Made by a program: the position numbers and the translations under genes. From the NCBI GenBank assembly GCA_964402405.1, contig CAYOCE010000001.1, positions 435-64,434 of the forward strand: DNA of 64,000 bases, given 5' to 3'. This DNA is from an uncultured Hyphomicrobiales bacterium. Its GTDB lineage: Bacteria > Pseudomonadota > Alphaproteobacteria > UBA7879. The notes beneath the pieces are model-generated. The model had not been told where the DNA came from and searched no databases. It saw only the letters and a program-made list of their open reading frames with translations. Of the stretch, positions 62,099 through 64,000 are shown piece by piece. Each line of letters starts with the position of its first letter. The first letter of the stretch is position 1.

Positions 62099-62772
62099 TT
62101 TGCCTCTCCTTCGTTAAAAACAACTCGGGATTTTCCCTTTAAGGAGAGTGTTTTTTTATTATGGTCCAGGGCAAAACCTTCACTCTTCCAGTCCCCATAA
62201 GGACTAGATCCATTGGTAGGATGCCCGCTATTAACGGTATTAGTTGCAAGGTCAACATCGGCCGCCTTTGTTTCAGCCTCATATCCCCCATTGTGGGCAA
62301 TGGTAACACCTCCCGATAATTGAATTTTGCTGTTTTTATCCAAGTTTTCAATTTCTCCATGGGCTGCAGAAATATCAAAACTCTCCCCATCCTTTAGTTG
62401 CATGGCAGCGTCTACATGGTCTAGTTTCACAACTTCATTTTCCCCATGCTCTCCGGATTTTGCTGTGATGACATAGGGCCTCTTTTGTCCATCAACCCCT
62501 ATATATCTAGGGTTTATAACCTTTTTTTCACGAATAGAATCTAAATCATATGGTTTGTAATCTTGCTCAGATGACAACGAGGGAGCCGTAAACTTTTCAA
62601 TAACCCGTTTATATTCCTGACTTAAGAAAAGAATGCCAAACCCTGCTAAAACAATAATGATCAGAAAGAATTTTAAGCGCTTTGGCTTTTTGGCGTTATG
62701 TTTTGCAAGGGCTATGGTGGATTTTTTATGCATCTTTTTTCCAGGTTTTATGAGAGGCCAGCACGCAAACAA
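62095..62772 (-). CDS. lptC: LptC-like inner-membrane-anchored LPS transport protein
   Basis: Single N-terminal TM plus a periplasmic beta-rich domain. Its position follows kdsD-lptC-lptA-lptB synteny. Confidence 0.5.
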   Translation of the reverse strand: MFACWPLIKPGKKMHKKSTIALAKHNAKKPKRLKFFLIIIVLAGFGILFLSQEYKRVIEKFTAPSLSSEQDYKPYDLDSIREKKVINPRYIGVDGQKRPYVITAKSGEHGENEVVKLDHVDAAMQLKDGESFDISAAHGEIENLDKNSKIQLSGGVTIAHNGGYEAETKAADVDLATNTVNSGHPTNGSSPYGDWKSEGFALDHNKKTLSLKGKSRVVFNEGEAK

Positions 62773-63722
62773 TCATGGATATGCAATAACCCAATAGGTT
62801 TCTGATTTGAATCCACAATAAAGAGGCTGGTAATTTTCATTTCATTCATAATATTTAGGGCCTCGGCTGCTAATTTCTGAGGTGGGATCGTTTTGGGATT
62901 TGGGTGCATGACATCAGCCACTGTTTTCTTCAAAAGATCTGGGGACATATGACGTCTTAGGTCTCCGTCTGTTATGATTCCAACCAAAGATCCTTTTTGA
63001 TCAATGATTCCAACGCATCCAAAACTATACTGAGTCATGGTAAGTAAAGCATCTGACATTGTTGATCCAAGGGCAATCAGCGGTAAATCTCCCTCTTGGT
63101 GCATAAGCTCCTGAACATGGAGTAATCCACGACCCAATTGTCCTCCGGGATGCAGGTATTTGTAGTCTTCAGGGCCGAATCCTTTTCGTTTTAAAACGGT
63201 CATTGCAAGAGCATCGCCCAAGGCCAACATCATGAGGCTAGAGGTCGTGGGGGCCAAACGATTGGGGCAGGATTCCTCAACATTTGGAAGAGTCAGCACA
63301 ATATCAGAGGCCAGGGCCAGGGCGCTTTTTGGTTTTTGGGTGATGGTAATAACAGGAATAGATCGCCTACGGGCATAAACTAAAATATCTGATAATTCCT
63401 TGGTTTCCCCAGAATTGGAAAGGGCAAGGACCACATCATTCAGGGTCAGCATTCCCATGTCTCCATGACTTGCCTCTGCCGCGTGAATGAATAAGGCAGG
63501 GGTGCCTGTGGACGCAAAAGTTGCCGCAATCTTGCGACCAATATGCCCACTTTTTCCAATACCTGTAACGGCAAGACGCGCCCCTGATTTTTCAATCAGC
63601 TGAATTGCTTGGATAAAAGAATCACCCAGGGTTTCTGAAAGGGCCAAAACCCCCTCGCATTCGACCCTTAAAACACGCCGAGCTTCCTCTAGAATTAATG
63701 ATTTATCTTCCACATTATCCAT
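62748..63722 (-). CDS. kdsD: Arabinose-5-phosphate isomerase (KpsF/GutQ/KdsD family)
   Basis: SIS domain (GIGKSGHIGRK) plus tandem CBS domains. Confidence 0.85.
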   Translation of the reverse strand: MDNVEDKSLILEEARRVLRVECEGVLALSETLGDSFIQAIQLIEKSGARLAVTGIGKSGHIGRKIAATFASTGTPALFIHAAEASHGDMGMLTLNDVVLALSNSGETKELSDILVYARRRSIPVITITQKPKSALALASDIVLTLPNVEESCPNRLAPTTSSLMMLALGDALAMTVLKRKGFGPEDYKYLHPGGQLGRGLLHVQELMHQEGDLPLIALGSTMSDALLTMTQYSFGCVGIIDQKGSLVGIITDGDLRRHMSPDLLKKTVADVMHPNPKTIPPQKLAAEALNIMNEMKITSLFIVDSNQKPIGLLHIHDCLRAGLS

Positions 63723-63724
63723 AT

Positions 63725-64000
63725 TTAATAATTAGCAGCCCAATTTAAATCATCACTGGGGAATAACCGATCAAAACCCATGTAATTAGGCGGAGGGGCA
63801 TAGGTTTGCATGGAATCCAGATTATCATCATCCCCAACCGTTCCCAAAACTCGGTTAGGATCGGTCTCAGCAACGCTAACCTTTTCATACACAACTACTT
63901 TTTCCACGGTGGCTGGTTTCTTTTCTTCTTTCTGAGAAGCGCATCCAATCAAGGCCAACAATACCCCGATCCACATCCAATTTTGATATTTCATAGACAT
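63725..64000 (-). CDS. Small lipoprotein (hypothetical)
   Basis: Lipobox LIGCAS after a signal peptide. The start codon coincides with the window edge, so the N-terminus may extend beyond it. Confidence 0.4.
   Translation of the reverse strand: MSMKYQNWMWIGVLLALIGCASQKEEKKPATVEKVVVYEKVSVAETDPNRVLGTVGDDDNLDSMQTYAPPPNYMGFDRLFPSDDLNWAANY

Overview
AT-rich chromosomal segment with almost no non-coding gaps. The gene content fits an obligate-intracellular, Rickettsiales/Holosporales-like alphaproteobacterium. Supporting genes are an ATP/ADP translocase (tlc), a Tim44-like protein, the mlaD-DUF2155 pair, ampG, a class II RNR, and ftsA-ftsZ. That lineage call is inference from these proteins, not a database hit.

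The window has three parts. (1) 1-27 kb holds housekeeping and envelope genes: nrdJ, mlaD, tlc, ampG, fdxA, rpe, tRNA-Met(CAU), ftsZ, ftsA, malic enzyme, MFS, HIT, trpS. It also holds an unusual three-gene, translationally coupled envelope cluster at 6238-9847: a pentapeptide-repeat lipoprotein, a TAXI-like periplasmic binding protein, and a TPR-secretin fusion lipoprotein. (2) 27.2-54.2 kb is a ~27 kb minus-strand polysaccharide locus headed by a NusG/RfaH-type paralog. It contains a complete pseudaminic-acid pathway (pseB, F, G, I, H, C), a second cytidylyltransferase cassette built around an HpcH-type pyruvate aldolase, a CDP-hexose pathway (rfbF, rfbG plus tailoring enzymes), and three paralogous large GT-B 'HP-motif' proteins resembling KpsS/KpsC capsule transferases. 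No exporter gene is visible. (3) 54.4-64 kb holds comM, an atypical OmpR-type regulator, rodA-mrdA-mreD, and lptB-lptA-lptC-kdsD.

No CRISPR array, transposase or integrase was seen. Several short structured non-coding elements are reported in the findings. One is an ~85-nt conserved leader shared by nrdJ and fdxA, one is a GC-rich island after the malic-enzyme gene, and one is a double GNRA hairpin before comM. The rest are long perfect inverted repeats. Protein calls rest on recognisable motifs in the supplied translations. No searches were run.
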